In this document: positions 1-10,155 of the stretch, piece after piece | Layout: each line of letters begins with the position of its first letter | Position numbering within the stretch: the first letter of the stretch is position 1 | Origin: Pelagibacteraceae bacterium | GTDB lineage: Bacteria > Pseudomonadota > Alphaproteobacteria > Methylaequorales > Methylaequoraceae | Assembly (NCBI GenBank): GCA_042090305.1 | Contig: JBELJQ010000005.1 | Location: 527 to 64,526, forward strand | Length of the DNA stretch: 64,000 bases | Reading direction: 5' to 3' | Notes under the pieces: generated by a model | The model's input: the letters and a program-made list of their open reading frames with translations, nothing else | What the model was told of the DNA's origin: nothing | Database searches by the model: none | Made by a program: the position numbers and the translations under genes

Positions 1-1470
1 CAAAGACCTATAAGTTTGAGTGGAACGAGGGTTTATGATGCAACTTCAACGGCTTCGTCATCTGATCTTACTACATTGACAAATCTTGTTGGCTCTGAAA
101 CATTAGTATTGTCTAACTCAGGAACTGTATCTAATGCGAATGTAGGAACTGACAAAACCGTGACAATAGGTTCATTAAGTTTAGGAGATGGTTCTAATGG
201 TGGACTTAGTTCAAACTACACATTGTCAGGTGGAACTCATACACTGAGTGTGACAAAAAGACCTGTGACAATAAGTGGTTCAAGGTTTTACGATGGGACA
301 ACAACTGTAAGCGCCTCAGATATATCCACTTTCAATAATAGAGCGGGAGGTGAAACACTTACAATTACTGGGTCAGGAAGTATTGCAACAGCAGTTGGAG
401 GCAGTGGCAAAACCATTTCATTAGGTACGCTTAATTTAGGAGATGGAAGCGGGGTAGCCTCAAATTATTCAATAGCAAGCGGGACTTTTGATGTAAATTC
501 TAGAACGGTTAACATATCAGGTTCGAGAGTTTATGATGGAACAACTACAGTTAGTGGTTCAAACCTTGTTATCGCAACTGGCGTAGGCAATGAGATTTTA
601 ACTGTTACCGGAACAGGAAGTATAATTAGTGCTGATGTTTCCAGTAATAAAGCCGTAACAGCTGGTTCACTAGCATTGGCTAGTGGGAGTGGTAATGCGT
701 CAAACTATACAATTGGTTCCATAACATTAAGTGTAACAAAAAGAGCAGTTAATACAGACTTTCAAAAAATATATGATGCAAGCACAGACGTTTTGGCGAC
801 TAATTTAAAAACCAATGGGATTAGTAATACTGTACTAGGACATTCACTTTCCGTTAGTGGAACTGGTTCAATTTCAACAACTGGTGTTGAAATCGATAAA
901 ACAGTATCAGTAGGCACATTAACTTTATCGGGGGCTCAATCATCCAATTATACATTGTCTGGTGGGGTGCATACAGTTGATGTCTCCGCAAGAACAGTTA
1001 ATGCAAGTGGTTCAAGACATTATGATGGAACAACAAAAGCTAATTCAAATCACTTTTCAAGCTTTAGTAATTCTGTAGGTAGTGACACGATTACTCTATC
1101 TGGTTCTGGTACGATAGCTTCTTCTACTCCTGGTCCTAAAGGAGTTATAATCGGTTCACTCCGGTCTGCTCATCCTAACTATATTTTAGGAAATGCAAGT
1201 CTTGTTGTAACTCAACGCCCAGTTAGTTTGATTGGCTCAAAATTTGTGGATGGAAAAATAATTGTAAAATCCAATGAACTTGCTATTGCAAATTTAGCTA
1301 ACTCAGAGAATCTTACACTTTCAGGAACAGGTAGTATATCAGGTAGTAGTCCTGGTCAATCACATTTAATTAATCTACTATCTTTATCTATTTCAAATGG
1401 CACTGGCCCTAATGCTGGACAAGTTTCAAATTATACTTTAGTTGGTGGGAGACATTTAATGAGAATTCTT
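1..1470 (+). repeat. Six degenerate ~80-aa YDG-type protein repeats (protein-level; DNA diverged)
   Basis: Repeat cores RVYDATST, RFYDGTTT, RVYDGTTT, KIYDASTD, RHYDGTTK, KFVDGKII, each followed by a G-x-E/D-T-L segment and an NY motif. Confidence 0.85.
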
Positions 1471-1662
1471 CATAGGTTAACTTTTGTGCAACGAGTTAGA
1501 AATATTATGAAAGCCGGTTTATCTGGTAAAAGTGTGATTCGAACACCATCAAGAACAACGCATAGAAGAGTGCCTGCAGTTGCTGAGAGAATATCCATAT
1601 CAACTCCTGATCAGTCAATCTCTGTCAGTCCATGCATGCTTAAAAGTGGATATTGTAACTAG
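1..1662 (+). CDS. Large Ser/Thr/Gly-rich YDG-repeat surface adhesin (filamentous haemagglutinin/TpsA-like), C-terminal part; 5' end lies outside the window
   Basis: Frame is open from base 1 (QRPISLSGTRVYD...). Six ~80-aa repeats with R/K-x-YD[GA]...ETL...NY motifs, then a basic tail ending SPCMLKSGYCN. Confidence 0.85.
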   Translation, partial: QRPISLSGTRVYDATSTASSSDLTTLTNLVGSETLVLSNSGTVSNANVGTDKTVTIGSLSLGDGSNGGLSSNYTLSGGTHTLSVTKRPVTISGSRFYDGTTTVSASDISTFNNRAGGETLTITGSGSIATAVGGSGKTISLGTLNLGDGSGVASNYSIASGTFDVNSRTVNISGSRVYDGTTTVSGSNLVIATGVGNEILTVTGTGSIISADVSSNKAVTAGSLALASGSGNASNYTIGSITLSVTKRAVNTDFQKIYDASTDVLATNLKTNGISNTVLGHSLSVSGTGSISTTGVEIDKTVSVGTLTLSGAQSSNYTLSGGVHTVDVSARTVNASGSRHYDGTTKANSNHFSSFSNSVGSDTITLSGSGTIASSTPGPKGVIIGSLRSAHPNYILGNASLVVTQRPVSLIGSKFVDGKIIVKSNELAIANLANSENLTLSGTGSISGSSPGQSHLINLLSLSISNGTGPNAGQVSNYTLVGGRHLMRILHRLTFVQRVRNIMKAGLSGKSVIRTPSRTTHRRVPAVAERISISTPDQSISVSPCMLKSGYCN

Positions 1663-1691
1663 TTAAACTCACATTAATTAAAATTTATAAA

Positions 1692-2906
1692 TTGATTTCA
1701 TTATTAAAAAAAAAATACATTAGGGATTGGTGTTTATTCGATTTTAGCATTTCAAGTTACCCTACTCTAATATTAACATTCTTTTATGGTTCATTTTATG
1801 TCAAACAAATAGCAGACAACGAAATTGTTGGAACAAGTGATTGGGGATATTCCATCTCCATAGCTAGCGTATTAACATTTTTACTTTTCTCTTGTTTGTT
1901 GTTTCTAAAAAATAAGAGCTTAAGGAAACTAAACTTATCCTTTTTCCTTTTCTTTTTTTATTCGTTAATTTTGTCAATGGTTTGCCTTTTTTTCTTAGAT
2001 AAGGGTACTTATAATCTTTTACCGTTACTATTTATAATAATATCCTTCGTATCATTTGAAGTTCTAAATTTTTTTTATAACTTATCGCTCCACAAAATTT
2101 CTAAAAGAAGTTTTCATGGGGCTGTTTCAAATCTTGGGTGGGCATCAGGGTATGTTGGCGGGTTGCTTTCATTACTGCTTATATTTATATTTATTAAATT
2201 AACAAGGAGCGAGAATTATGAGTTTCTTGGATTTTCTTCTTTTTTATTTATAGGCCCATTCGTAGCCGTTTGGTGTTTAATATTTGGTCGATTACATTTG
2301 AATAATTTTAAAGATAAAACCTTTTCAATCCCTATGATTCATAATATTCTACCTGAACTAAAAAAATCAGGACTTCTGCGGTTTCTATTAGGTTATTTCT
2401 TTTTTAATAACGGAGTAATATGCATATTTGTTTTCGCTAGCATGTTTGCATCACTCCTATTTGACCTAAAAGAGACAGAGATATTGTTAATGGGAGTATT
2501 TATTAATTTGAGTGGTGTAGTTGGTTGCCTGGTTCTGGGTAGTATAGACGATAAAGTAGGTTCAGAAAAGATTGTTATTTCATGTTCTTTGCTACTCTTC
2601 TTTTTAACCTTAGCACTTTATTTTATAGAAAGTGTCTTTTTGTTTTGGATAATAGCTATGTTAATAGGGTTTTTTGTTGGACCAATACAGGCATCAAGTA
2701 GAAGTGTTATTGCTAAGAGTTCATTAAGTAAAAATCAAACAGTTTCATTTAGTATTTTTACGATATTTGGTAGTTTATGCTCAATATTAGGCCCATTTTT
2801 AGTAAGTATAATAATAGATATATCAGACTCTATAAGATTGGGACTATGCGTAATTTCTTTATTCTTCATTATTCCTGTATTACTATATACTATAAATAGG
2901 CACTAA
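1692..2906 (+). CDS. MFS transporter, UMF1/Atg22-like family
   Basis: 404 aa, about 12 hydrophobic segments; N-terminal WCLFDFSISSY resembles the UMF1 WALYDWANS motif; DKVGSEK loop. TTG start. Confidence 0.75.
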   Translation: MISLLKKKYIRDWCLFDFSISSYPTLILTFFYGSFYVKQIADNEIVGTSDWGYSISIASVLTFLLFSCLLFLKNKSLRKLNLSFFLFFFYSLILSMVCLFFLDKGTYNLLPLLFIIISFVSFEVLNFFYNLSLHKISKRSFHGAVSNLGWASGYVGGLLSLLLIFIFIKLTRSENYEFLGFSSFLFIGPFVAVWCLIFGRLHLNNFKDKTFSIPMIHNILPELKKSGLLRFLLGYFFFNNGVICIFVFASMFASLLFDLKETEILLMGVFINLSGVVGCLVLGSIDDKVGSEKIVISCSLLLFFLTLALYFIESVFLFWIIAMLIGFFVGPIQASSRSVIAKSSLSKNQTVSFSIFTIFGSLCSILGPFLVSIIIDISDSIRLGLCVISLFFIIPVLLYTINRH

Positions 2907-2907
2907 T

Positions 2908-4449
2908 TTAGTGTCTAAAATGTCGTATATTAGTAAATACTATAGGTATTTCCTTTTCATTGGCAGATTCTATTACAATTCTATCATTCAAAGAACCACC
3001 TGGCTGAATTATTCCTTTAATATTATTGGCAGAACATAACTTAATAATATCAGGGAAAGGAAAAAAACCATCGGATGCTAGAACAGGTTTTGAATTTTTA
3101 AAGTTCTTTTTCATTTTAGAGATTGCGAGGATAGTTGAGTCAATACGGCTTGTTTGACCAACTCCAATTCCAAGTGTACTTAGATTGGATGCAAGAACTA
3201 TTGCATTAGAGTTTACATGCTTTGCTACTGTAAAGGCAAAGATCATGTCATCTATATCATTTTTACTTGGATTTTTTGTGGTTTGGAAATGTAAGTCAGA
3301 TTTTGATATGATTTTTCTATCCTTTTCCTGCACTAGAATAAAGTTGGGGGTTGATTTGATGTGAAACTTTTTTTGTTTTTTTGTTTTTTTGTACTTTATA
3401 AGTATAAGATTCTTCTTTTTTGATAGAAGATCTTTAGCTTTAGTAGAAAAATCTGGAGCAATCACAATTTCGGTAAAGATTTTAGCTATTTGTGTTGCTG
3501 TTTTTTCGTTAACCTCTTGATTAAAGGCAACAACTCCACCAAAGGCGCTTGTTTTATCACATGTAAGGGCCTTTTTGTATGCTTTATGTTGGATATTATC
3601 TAGAGCTACACCACACGGATTTCCATGCTTAACAATTACACAGGAATTTTTTTCAAACTCATAAGATAACTCTACTGCAGACTCAAGATCATAAATATTA
3701 TTAAAAGAGAGACTCTTACCATTAATCTGTGATAGTTTATTATTTCCATACTTGTAATAGGCACCAGACTGATGGGGATTCTCACCATATCTTAAATCTT
3801 TTATTTTTTTAAGAGGAATTGAAGAATTTGTTTCACATATTGCAGTGTTATCTTTATTAAACCAACTTGAAATCAGGCTTTCATAATATGCTGTATTTTC
3901 AAAGGCAAGACCTGCTAATTTTTTTCTAGTATCTTTCGAAATAAAACCATTATCTCTAATTTCATTTACAAATACGTCATATTGGTCAGGGTTACTGAGT
4001 GTTATAACATTCTTATAATTCTTAGCTGCTGCCCTAATCATGGTTGGACCGCCAATATCTATATTTTCTATACATTTTTCATCAGAGTTCCTAGAATTAG
4101 ATGATATTTTCTCGAATGGATATAAATTTACTACTACCAAATCTATGAAGTTAAATTTTGAAACTTCCATTTCCTCAAGGTGTTTTTTATTTTTCTTATC
4201 TGCCAATAAGCCTGAATGAATTTTAGGGTGTAAGGTTTTCACTCTTCCATTTAGTATTTCGGTAAATTTTGTATATTTAGATATTTCAACAAGATTAATT
4301 TTAGAACTAAGAGACTTTAAATACTTAGCTGTTCCTCCTGTGCTCAGTACTTCAACTTTATTTTTAATAAAATAATCTATTAAGATATTAATTTTTGATT
4401 TGTCATATACAGAAACTAAAGCTCTTTTGATTGTCATTTTATTGGTCAT
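2908..4449 (-). CDS. purH: Bifunctional AICAR transformylase/IMP cyclohydrolase
   Basis: RALVSVYDK, STGGT, GRVKTLHP, IDIGGPTMIRAAAKN, LRYGENPHQ, ASDGFFPFPD, IIQPGGS motifs. Confidence 0.98.
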   Translation of the reverse strand: MTNKMTIKRALVSVYDKSKINILIDYFIKNKVEVLSTGGTAKYLKSLSSKINLVEISKYTKFTEILNGRVKTLHPKIHSGLLADKKNKKHLEEMEVSKFNFIDLVVVNLYPFEKISSNSRNSDEKCIENIDIGGPTMIRAAAKNYKNVITLSNPDQYDVFVNEIRDNGFISKDTRKKLAGLAFENTAYYESLISSWFNKDNTAICETNSSIPLKKIKDLRYGENPHQSGAYYKYGNNKLSQINGKSLSFNNIYDLESAVELSYEFEKNSCVIVKHGNPCGVALDNIQHKAYKKALTCDKTSAFGGVVAFNQEVNEKTATQIAKIFTEIVIAPDFSTKAKDLLSKKKNLILIKYKKTKKQKKFHIKSTPNFILVQEKDRKIISKSDLHFQTTKNPSKNDIDDMIFAFTVAKHVNSNAIVLASNLSTLGIGVGQTSRIDSTILAISKMKKNFKNSKPVLASDGFFPFPDIIKLCSANNIKGIIQPGGSLNDRIVIESANEKEIPIVFTNIRHFRH

Positions 4450-6262
4450 GTATTTTTTTGAACTCAGGTAGTAATTTCATAATATCATTTAAGGGATGCT
4501 CAATACTATTATTTTCTATTCTTGAAATTAATTTATTAAGTTTTGATAGATTTGATACAAACGAATATTCAGTGGCACATAAAATCCCACTAATATTAGT
4601 TTTCTTTATCTTTTCTTCCTTGAAATATAGGTCTTCACTTATTTTTTCTCCTTTTCTTAGCCCAGTAATTTCTATTTTGACTTCATCTAAATTTTTTCCA
4701 GATAGAGTAATCATTTTTTTTGCGAGATCCTTAATCAAAACTGGTTTTCCCATCTCTAAAATATAAATCTCTCCATTTTTCCTACTTTTTATTTGTGATG
4801 ATATAATAACAAGTTCTACGGCTTCTCGTATGGTCATGAAATATCTCTGAACTTTAGGATGGGTTATCGTTATCGTTCCATTAGTTTTTATTTGTTCCTC
4901 AAATATTGGAACAACCGAACCAGTTGAACCGAGAACATTTCCAAATCTTACAATTGAAAAGGAAGAGACCTTTGATTTTTTTGATATCTCTTGTATATAT
5001 TTTTCCGATAATCTCTTGGTGGCTCCCATAATATTTGATGGATAAACCGCTTTATCAGTTGAGATAAATATCATTTTCTCCACCTTTTGCTTAATACATA
5101 GTTCGCATAGAAAAACTGTAGATAAGAAATTGGTTTTTAGAGCTTCCAAGGGATCACTTTCGACAAAAGTTATATGCTTTAATGCTGCAGCATGAAAAAC
5201 ATAATTTGGTTTGTGGATGTCTAATACTTTAGTTAGTTTTATTTTATCTCTTACATCAGTGAGAGACTCGATACATTGGCCTTTAAGTTCCTGGGTGATT
5301 TTGAATAGAGCATATTCATTATTATCAAGTACTATTAATTTTTTCGGATTAAGAGAAATTATTTGTCTGCATAATTCACTTCCAATAGTTCCGCCCGCAC
5401 CAGTGACTAAGACAGTTTTATTCATAATATCTTTTAGTTTGCTTGTATCATTTACATTTTGTTTTCTTCCCAAAACATCTTCGATAACAATGGGTGAAGT
5501 ATCAAATATTTTTTCATTTAGCGAAAGGTTAAAGACTTTATTAGCCTGCCCAATAGCTAGTCCATTCTTTTTTGCAAATATGTAAATTATTTCAATTAGA
5601 TCCTTCCTAATATTTTGGTTAACAATAATAATTCGTTCTGGAATATTTTTTGTTTGATTAATGTACATACTCTCAAAGTTCTTGAACTTTTCAAGAGATC
5701 CAATGATTGGAATATTATGAATTCTTCTGCCAACAGATCTTTCTCTCATAGAAATTATTCCGATAATGTTATACGGTGCATTTCTATCTATTTTTGTATA
5801 TCTAGCAAAGTTTTCAGCAGAAGAACTATCACCGACAATTAGTGTCGAAATTTTTTTTAATGAATCTTTTTTTAGATTATCTTTAATGATCCTATAAATC
5901 AATCTTGGACTAATAGCACCAAATATCGAGATAATAAATAAAAGAACTGGAAAGGACCTGGGAATATTTTCCAATCTTATTATTAAGAATAACAACGCAA
6001 TTATTATCAAAGTAGAAATTGTTATACTTTTTAATATAGAAACCATTTCATGAGTAGAAGCGTAACGCCAAATTCCATGGTAAAGGCCATATAAATTTAA
6101 TAAAACAATATTAAGAATTGCAAATACGATAGAGTAAATCCAGATTTGGCTAAATAAATAATACGCCTGATCAAATTCAAGTCTAAGCCATAAAGAAATA
6201 AAGAAGGATATACAGAAAATGAAAATATCATGTAGAATTGTTAATGGAATTCTAATGTTCAT
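4439..6262 (-). CDS. Membrane-anchored UDP-GlcNAc 4,6-dehydratase (CapD/WbpM/PglF family)
   Basis: Four N-terminal TMs, TGAGGTIGSELC, HAAALKH, STDKAV, MGATKR (MxxxK), VRFGNVLGSTGSV. Confidence 0.93.
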   Translation of the reverse strand: MNIRIPLTILHDIFIFCISFFISLWLRLEFDQAYYLFSQIWIYSIVFAILNIVLLNLYGLYHGIWRYASTHEMVSILKSITISTLIIIALLFLIIRLENIPRSFPVLLFIISIFGAISPRLIYRIIKDNLKKDSLKKISTLIVGDSSSAENFARYTKIDRNAPYNIIGIISMRERSVGRRIHNIPIIGSLEKFKNFESMYINQTKNIPERIIIVNQNIRKDLIEIIYIFAKKNGLAIGQANKVFNLSLNEKIFDTSPIVIEDVLGRKQNVNDTSKLKDIMNKTVLVTGAGGTIGSELCRQIISLNPKKLIVLDNNEYALFKITQELKGQCIESLTDVRDKIKLTKVLDIHKPNYVFHAAALKHITFVESDPLEALKTNFLSTVFLCELCIKQKVEKMIFISTDKAVYPSNIMGATKRLSEKYIQEISKKSKVSSFSIVRFGNVLGSTGSVVPIFEEQIKTNGTITITHPKVQRYFMTIREAVELVIISSQIKSRKNGEIYILEMGKPVLIKDLAKKMITLSGKNLDEVKIEITGLRKGEKISEDLYFKEEKIKKTNISGILCATEYSFVSNLSKLNKLISRIENNSIEHPLNDIMKLLPEFKKIHDQ

Positions 6263-7277
6263 AAGATTTCCTTGTTTCGAAAAAATATAAAAGTACCAAA
6301 GAAAGAATTATTGAAGTGAAAAGGGCTGAGAACGGAAATTGTGTTGACATCATTCCTAGTATCAAAAGTAGAGAATTAAGTATCATTATCCTTTTAAGAA
6401 CATAATTATGAGAAAAACCCCTTCTTATTATTTTTTGATAAAAGTGAGAACTATGAGCTTGAAAAATATTCTGATTAGTGACTAATCTTATGATTAAAGT
6501 AATAGATGAATCTAAAAGATAATACATATTAATGATTAAGAATGGGATGATTATATTACTATAAAGGAAATTTGAAATCATTATAAATCCAACCAAAAAT
6601 CCGCAACTAATAGAACCCACATCACCTAAAAAAACTTTTGCAGGAGTCTTGTTGAACCTGTAAAAAGCAATGAACACAGTAAGAATCATTAAACTTAATA
6701 TTTGGTATTCAATATTAATTTTCCCAAAAAGTGATAATAAATTTGTTAACAAAGCAATAGAGCATATCTGAAGTGTTGTGATCCCATCCATCCCATCCAT
6801 AAAATTATAAAGATTAATAATCCAAATCCAGAATAAAGAAAATAAAATTATTAGTAAAAAGATTACTAAAAATGACTGTTCAAATTCTAGATAACTTTGA
6901 ATGGTATTTGCTAGGTTAAATATTTCATTTCTAAAAAGAAATAAGGAGAAAATTACAATTAAAAAATGAAATAGTAGGCGTACTTTTGTGCTAAGATTCT
7001 TTAGATCGTCGACAAAAGATATCGAACTAAGGAGTAAACATAAAAGTAAGACTATAATCCAATTAATAGTAAGTAATTTATTAAAATAAAGAAGGATTAA
7101 AGTTGAAATAATAATAAGTGGAATTATTATGATTCCAGCACCTTTGGGTGTGGGAAACTTATGATTACTTCTCAATCCAGGGTAATCAATCAATGAGAAT
7201 TTATTAAGAAGTTTTATTGATTTGTTAATTAAAAGGATTGAAAAAAAATATAAAAAGATGGAATAAACTATAATCAT
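6252..7277 (-). CDS. Polyprenyl-phosphate HexNAc-1-phosphate transferase (MraY/WecA/WbpL family)
   Basis: RSNHKFPTPKGAG, VDD, NLYNFMDGMDG, FLGDVGS motifs; polytopic membrane protein. Confidence 0.92.
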   Translation of the reverse strand: MIIVYSIFLYFFSILLINKSIKLLNKFSLIDYPGLRSNHKFPTPKGAGIIIIPLIIISTLILLYFNKLLTINWIIVLLLCLLLSSISFVDDLKNLSTKVRLLFHFLIVIFSLFLFRNEIFNLANTIQSYLEFEQSFLVIFLLIILFSLFWIWIINLYNFMDGMDGITTLQICSIALLTNLLSLFGKINIEYQILSLMILTVFIAFYRFNKTPAKVFLGDVGSISCGFLVGFIMISNFLYSNIIIPFLIINMYYLLDSSITLIIRLVTNQNIFQAHSSHFYQKIIRRGFSHNYVLKRIMILNSLLLILGMMSTQFPFSALFTSIILSLVLLYFFETRKSYEH

Positions 7278-7307
7278 GATAAAACACTACTATATCAAAG
7301 TTTAATA

Positions 7308-8558
7308 ATGAATGAAAAGAAAATAGCAATACTGGGCTTGGGTTATGTTGGTTTGCCATTAGCCGTAAATTTATCACCTCATTTCAAGGTTATTGGGTTT
7401 GATATATCCATTGAAAGAATCAAGGAACTGAATCTTGGAATTGATAAAACTCTTGAAGTTGAAAAAAAGGATCTAAAAAAAGCATTAAATAAAAACTTAA
7501 TAATAACCAACAAACAAAAAGATTTAATTAACAGTAATGTGTATATTGCAACAGTACCTACTCCAATCGATAACCAAAATAAGCCCGACCTCAAACCCCT
7601 GAAAAGCGTATGTAAAATTATCGCAGGTCTTTTAAAGAAAGGTGATATCGTTGTTTTTGAAAGCACTGTTTTTCCAGGAGCCACAGAGGAAGTTTGCGCA
7701 AATGAACTTGAAAAGAACAAGAAAAAATTAAAATCTGGAACTGATTTTTTTCTTGGGTACTCTCCTGAGAGAGTGAACCCAGGTGATAAAGAGCATACAA
7801 TAGATAGAATAAATAAGGTGATATCTGGACAAAATTCAAATGTTGAAAAGGTACTATTGAATATTTATTCAAAACTAACTTCAGGAGAAATCCATTTAGC
7901 CAAGAATATTAAAGTAGCTGAAGCATCAAAAGTTATTGAGAATGCACAAAGAGATATAAATATTGCATTTATAAACGAAGTTACACAGATTTGCTCTAAA
8001 TTAGGTATCAGTGTTTATGATGTGTTGGAGGCATCAAAAACGAAATGGAACTTTTTGCCTTTTTCGCCTGGTCTTGTTGGAGGCCATTGTATAGGAGTTG
8101 ATCCCTATTATCTTTCACATAAAGCAATTCAACTAAAGATTATTCCTAATGTAATTTTGTCGGGTCGTAAGACAAACGATCAGATGCCAAGATTTGTATC
8201 ACAACAAATTCGGACTAAATTAAAAAAAAATGCTAAAGTTCTATTCTTAGGATTGACATTTAAAGAAGATGTACCTGATCTAAGGAACTCAAAGTCAGTT
8301 GAGTTGCTAAAAATACTTAAAAGCTTAAAAATAGAAATAGATACTTTTGATCCTTTTGTGAGAAATTCAGATTTTAAAAATATTGACTTTGATAAGATTA
8401 TTCATAGTTCATATGATGGTATCATCATATCGGTACCACATTCTTTTTTTATTGAAAAAATTAGTACAATTAAAAAATTTCTCAAGCCAAATGGTATAAT
8501 TTTTGACATTAAAGGTGTGTTAAAAAAAAGGGAATTAAAAAATTATTGGTCTCTTTAA
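7308..8558 (+). CDS. UDP-HexNAc 6-dehydrogenase (WbpO/TviB/WecC family)
   Basis: GLGYVGLPLA, ESTVFPGATEE, GYSPERVNPGD, ENAQRDINIA, GGHCIGVDPYYL, FKEDVPDLRNSK. Confidence 0.93.
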   Translation: MNEKKIAILGLGYVGLPLAVNLSPHFKVIGFDISIERIKELNLGIDKTLEVEKKDLKKALNKNLIITNKQKDLINSNVYIATVPTPIDNQNKPDLKPLKSVCKIIAGLLKKGDIVVFESTVFPGATEEVCANELEKNKKKLKSGTDFFLGYSPERVNPGDKEHTIDRINKVISGQNSNVEKVLLNIYSKLTSGEIHLAKNIKVAEASKVIENAQRDINIAFINEVTQICSKLGISVYDVLEASKTKWNFLPFSPGLVGGHCIGVDPYYLSHKAIQLKIIPNVILSGRKTNDQMPRFVSQQIRTKLKKNAKVLFLGLTFKEDVPDLRNSKSVELLKILKSLKIEIDTFDPFVRNSDFKNIDFDKIIHSSYDGIIISVPHSFFIEKISTIKKFLKPNGIIFDIKGVLKKRELKNYWSL

Positions 8559-8559
8559 G

Positions 8560-10155
8560 TTACTTGATAATTCTGAACATCCATTTGATTTTTTTGTTTG
8601 GAATAACGCTATCTCTTATAAGAATATGGTTATTTTCTTTTTTTACTCCATCACCAAGATATATACCTTCTCCAATTTCTAGAATTGGTTCGGAACAGAT
8701 AAATTCCCACCCAACATTATTTTTGAGTTTAAGAACAACTTTTTTTTTACTAGACGTAACATTTAGTTCAATTTCTGGATGTATGTGAAACAAAATATAA
8801 AAATATTTAGCAATATTATGATTCCTCTTAATTGGTTTTGCTAAATAGTCCTGACCTTTTATAGTGAGATTGAGTGAATCGATATGGATTTTTCTATTGT
8901 GAACAATACCAAAAATTTGCCTATATCCAGAATGAGCAGAATTAATCCATACTAAATTGTTTTCTTCATATTTTTCAGACCAAACCTGAGCTTTTCTGGT
9001 TTTATTAAATCTATTAAAGAAAATATCGGAGGAATTCACTTCGTCTAAATTCAGAGTGCTATGAGCGGCTGTTGAGCGCATTGCTTCATGCCATTTTTTA
9101 TTATTAATAAATGGAGAACCACAATTAACAACAATCTTATTTTTTTGGTGAGAAAATTCGAATGACAATGAACCCGCATAAGTATTTGCATTAGATGGTT
9201 GTCCACAATCCATCAAAAAAGTCAGTTTATTTTTTGAAACTCTATGGAATCCAGAGGAATGGAGTATAGAAGGAATTTTTTTTATTTTCCTCCCTCCTTT
9301 TTTTATTACATTTTCAATTTTAACTGAATCTATATGCTTGTGTTCATTAAATATTGAAAGTTGCCCATCTGCAATTCTAAAGAATTTCAGAACATTTACC
9401 ATCTCATCAATTTTGTCATTAAGTAGACTGGGAATCTTTTTTTTTGCATTACTTAAAAAGTTTCTTATATCAATCATCGAACAAAGAAAAAAGAAGTGTT
9501 GACTTGGTGATCTTTTATAATGCATGCCATCTTCAAGAATATCCTCTTGTAAAAGTTTGTGAAAATCTTCAAGAAGTATTGGAAATCTTTTTTCTAAATT
9601 TTTAATACATAATGATGAAAGTATAAGTGCCTTGATCGTAAATATTTCCTTTTTTCTAAAGCGAGATGTATGAAATAAGAATTTTGTTTGAATAAATATA
9701 TATCTAGCCACACGTTTTTGGAAATCCTCATTAGCAGTATCAAAATAAAATGACAAATGTGTTAGAAGACTAAACATTCTTTTCGAAACAGTTTGCTCTT
9801 TCCATGAAATATCATTGAAATATTTATTTTTATCTAGCCAATTATCTAGGAAATTCCTAAAGAAAATTCTTGATTCGTTAGTCCGCAATGTACTTAAATC
9901 TTTCAACCATAAAAAACTATTAAGATAATCTCTCCATGATTCGCTTGCATTATTCCTAAGAAAATTGTCCAGAGGAAATGATTCACCCTGGTAATTTAAA
10001 TAACCGTTTAGTATTCGTGATCCATTTTGCTTATTTCCTTCCCACAAGCTTTTTGGATTAAATATGAAGCCTGATTCTGATTTTCTTTGAAGAATAAAAT
10101 GATATAAAGGGTTTTTAAATAATAAATAATTATTAAGACTGATAAAGTTATTCAT
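8560..10155 (-). CDS. Heparinase II/III-like protein (conserved alphaproteobacterial rsmB neighbour)
   Basis: DGMHYKRSP, FFRIADGQLSIFN, GSLSFEFS, VVNCG, RSTAAHSTL, SAHSGY, FHIHP; conserved position after rsmB. Confidence 0.85.
   Translation of the reverse strand: MNNFISLNNYLLFKNPLYHFILQRKSESGFIFNPKSLWEGNKQNGSRILNGYLNYQGESFPLDNFLRNNASESWRDYLNSFLWLKDLSTLRTNESRIFFRNFLDNWLDKNKYFNDISWKEQTVSKRMFSLLTHLSFYFDTANEDFQKRVARYIFIQTKFLFHTSRFRKKEIFTIKALILSSLCIKNLEKRFPILLEDFHKLLQEDILEDGMHYKRSPSQHFFFLCSMIDIRNFLSNAKKKIPSLLNDKIDEMVNVLKFFRIADGQLSIFNEHKHIDSVKIENVIKKGGRKIKKIPSILHSSGFHRVSKNKLTFLMDCGQPSNANTYAGSLSFEFSHQKNKIVVNCGSPFINNKKWHEAMRSTAAHSTLNLDEVNSSDIFFNRFNKTRKAQVWSEKYEENNLVWINSAHSGYRQIFGIVHNRKIHIDSLNLTIKGQDYLAKPIKRNHNIAKYFYILFHIHPEIELNVTSSKKKVVLKLKNNVGWEFICSEPILEIGEGIYLGDGVKKENNHILIRDSVIPNKKIKWMFRIIK

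Noticed and set aside
1-1470. Repeats as a CRISPR array or DNA tandem repeat
   Set aside because: The repeats are protein-level, ~240 nt, highly diverged and in frame; no identical direct repeats with spacers and no cas genes.
4431-5842. Plus-strand ORFs 4431-4766, 5211-5585, 5615-5842
   Set aside because: Antisense shadows of the well-supported CapD-family gene.
7379-7872. Minus-strand ORFs inside the nucleotide-sugar dehydrogenase
   Set aside because: Antisense shadows with no independent signals. The same applies to the other 60-125 aa ORFs nested in acs, tsaD, folD, acnA, M48, gmhA and gltB.
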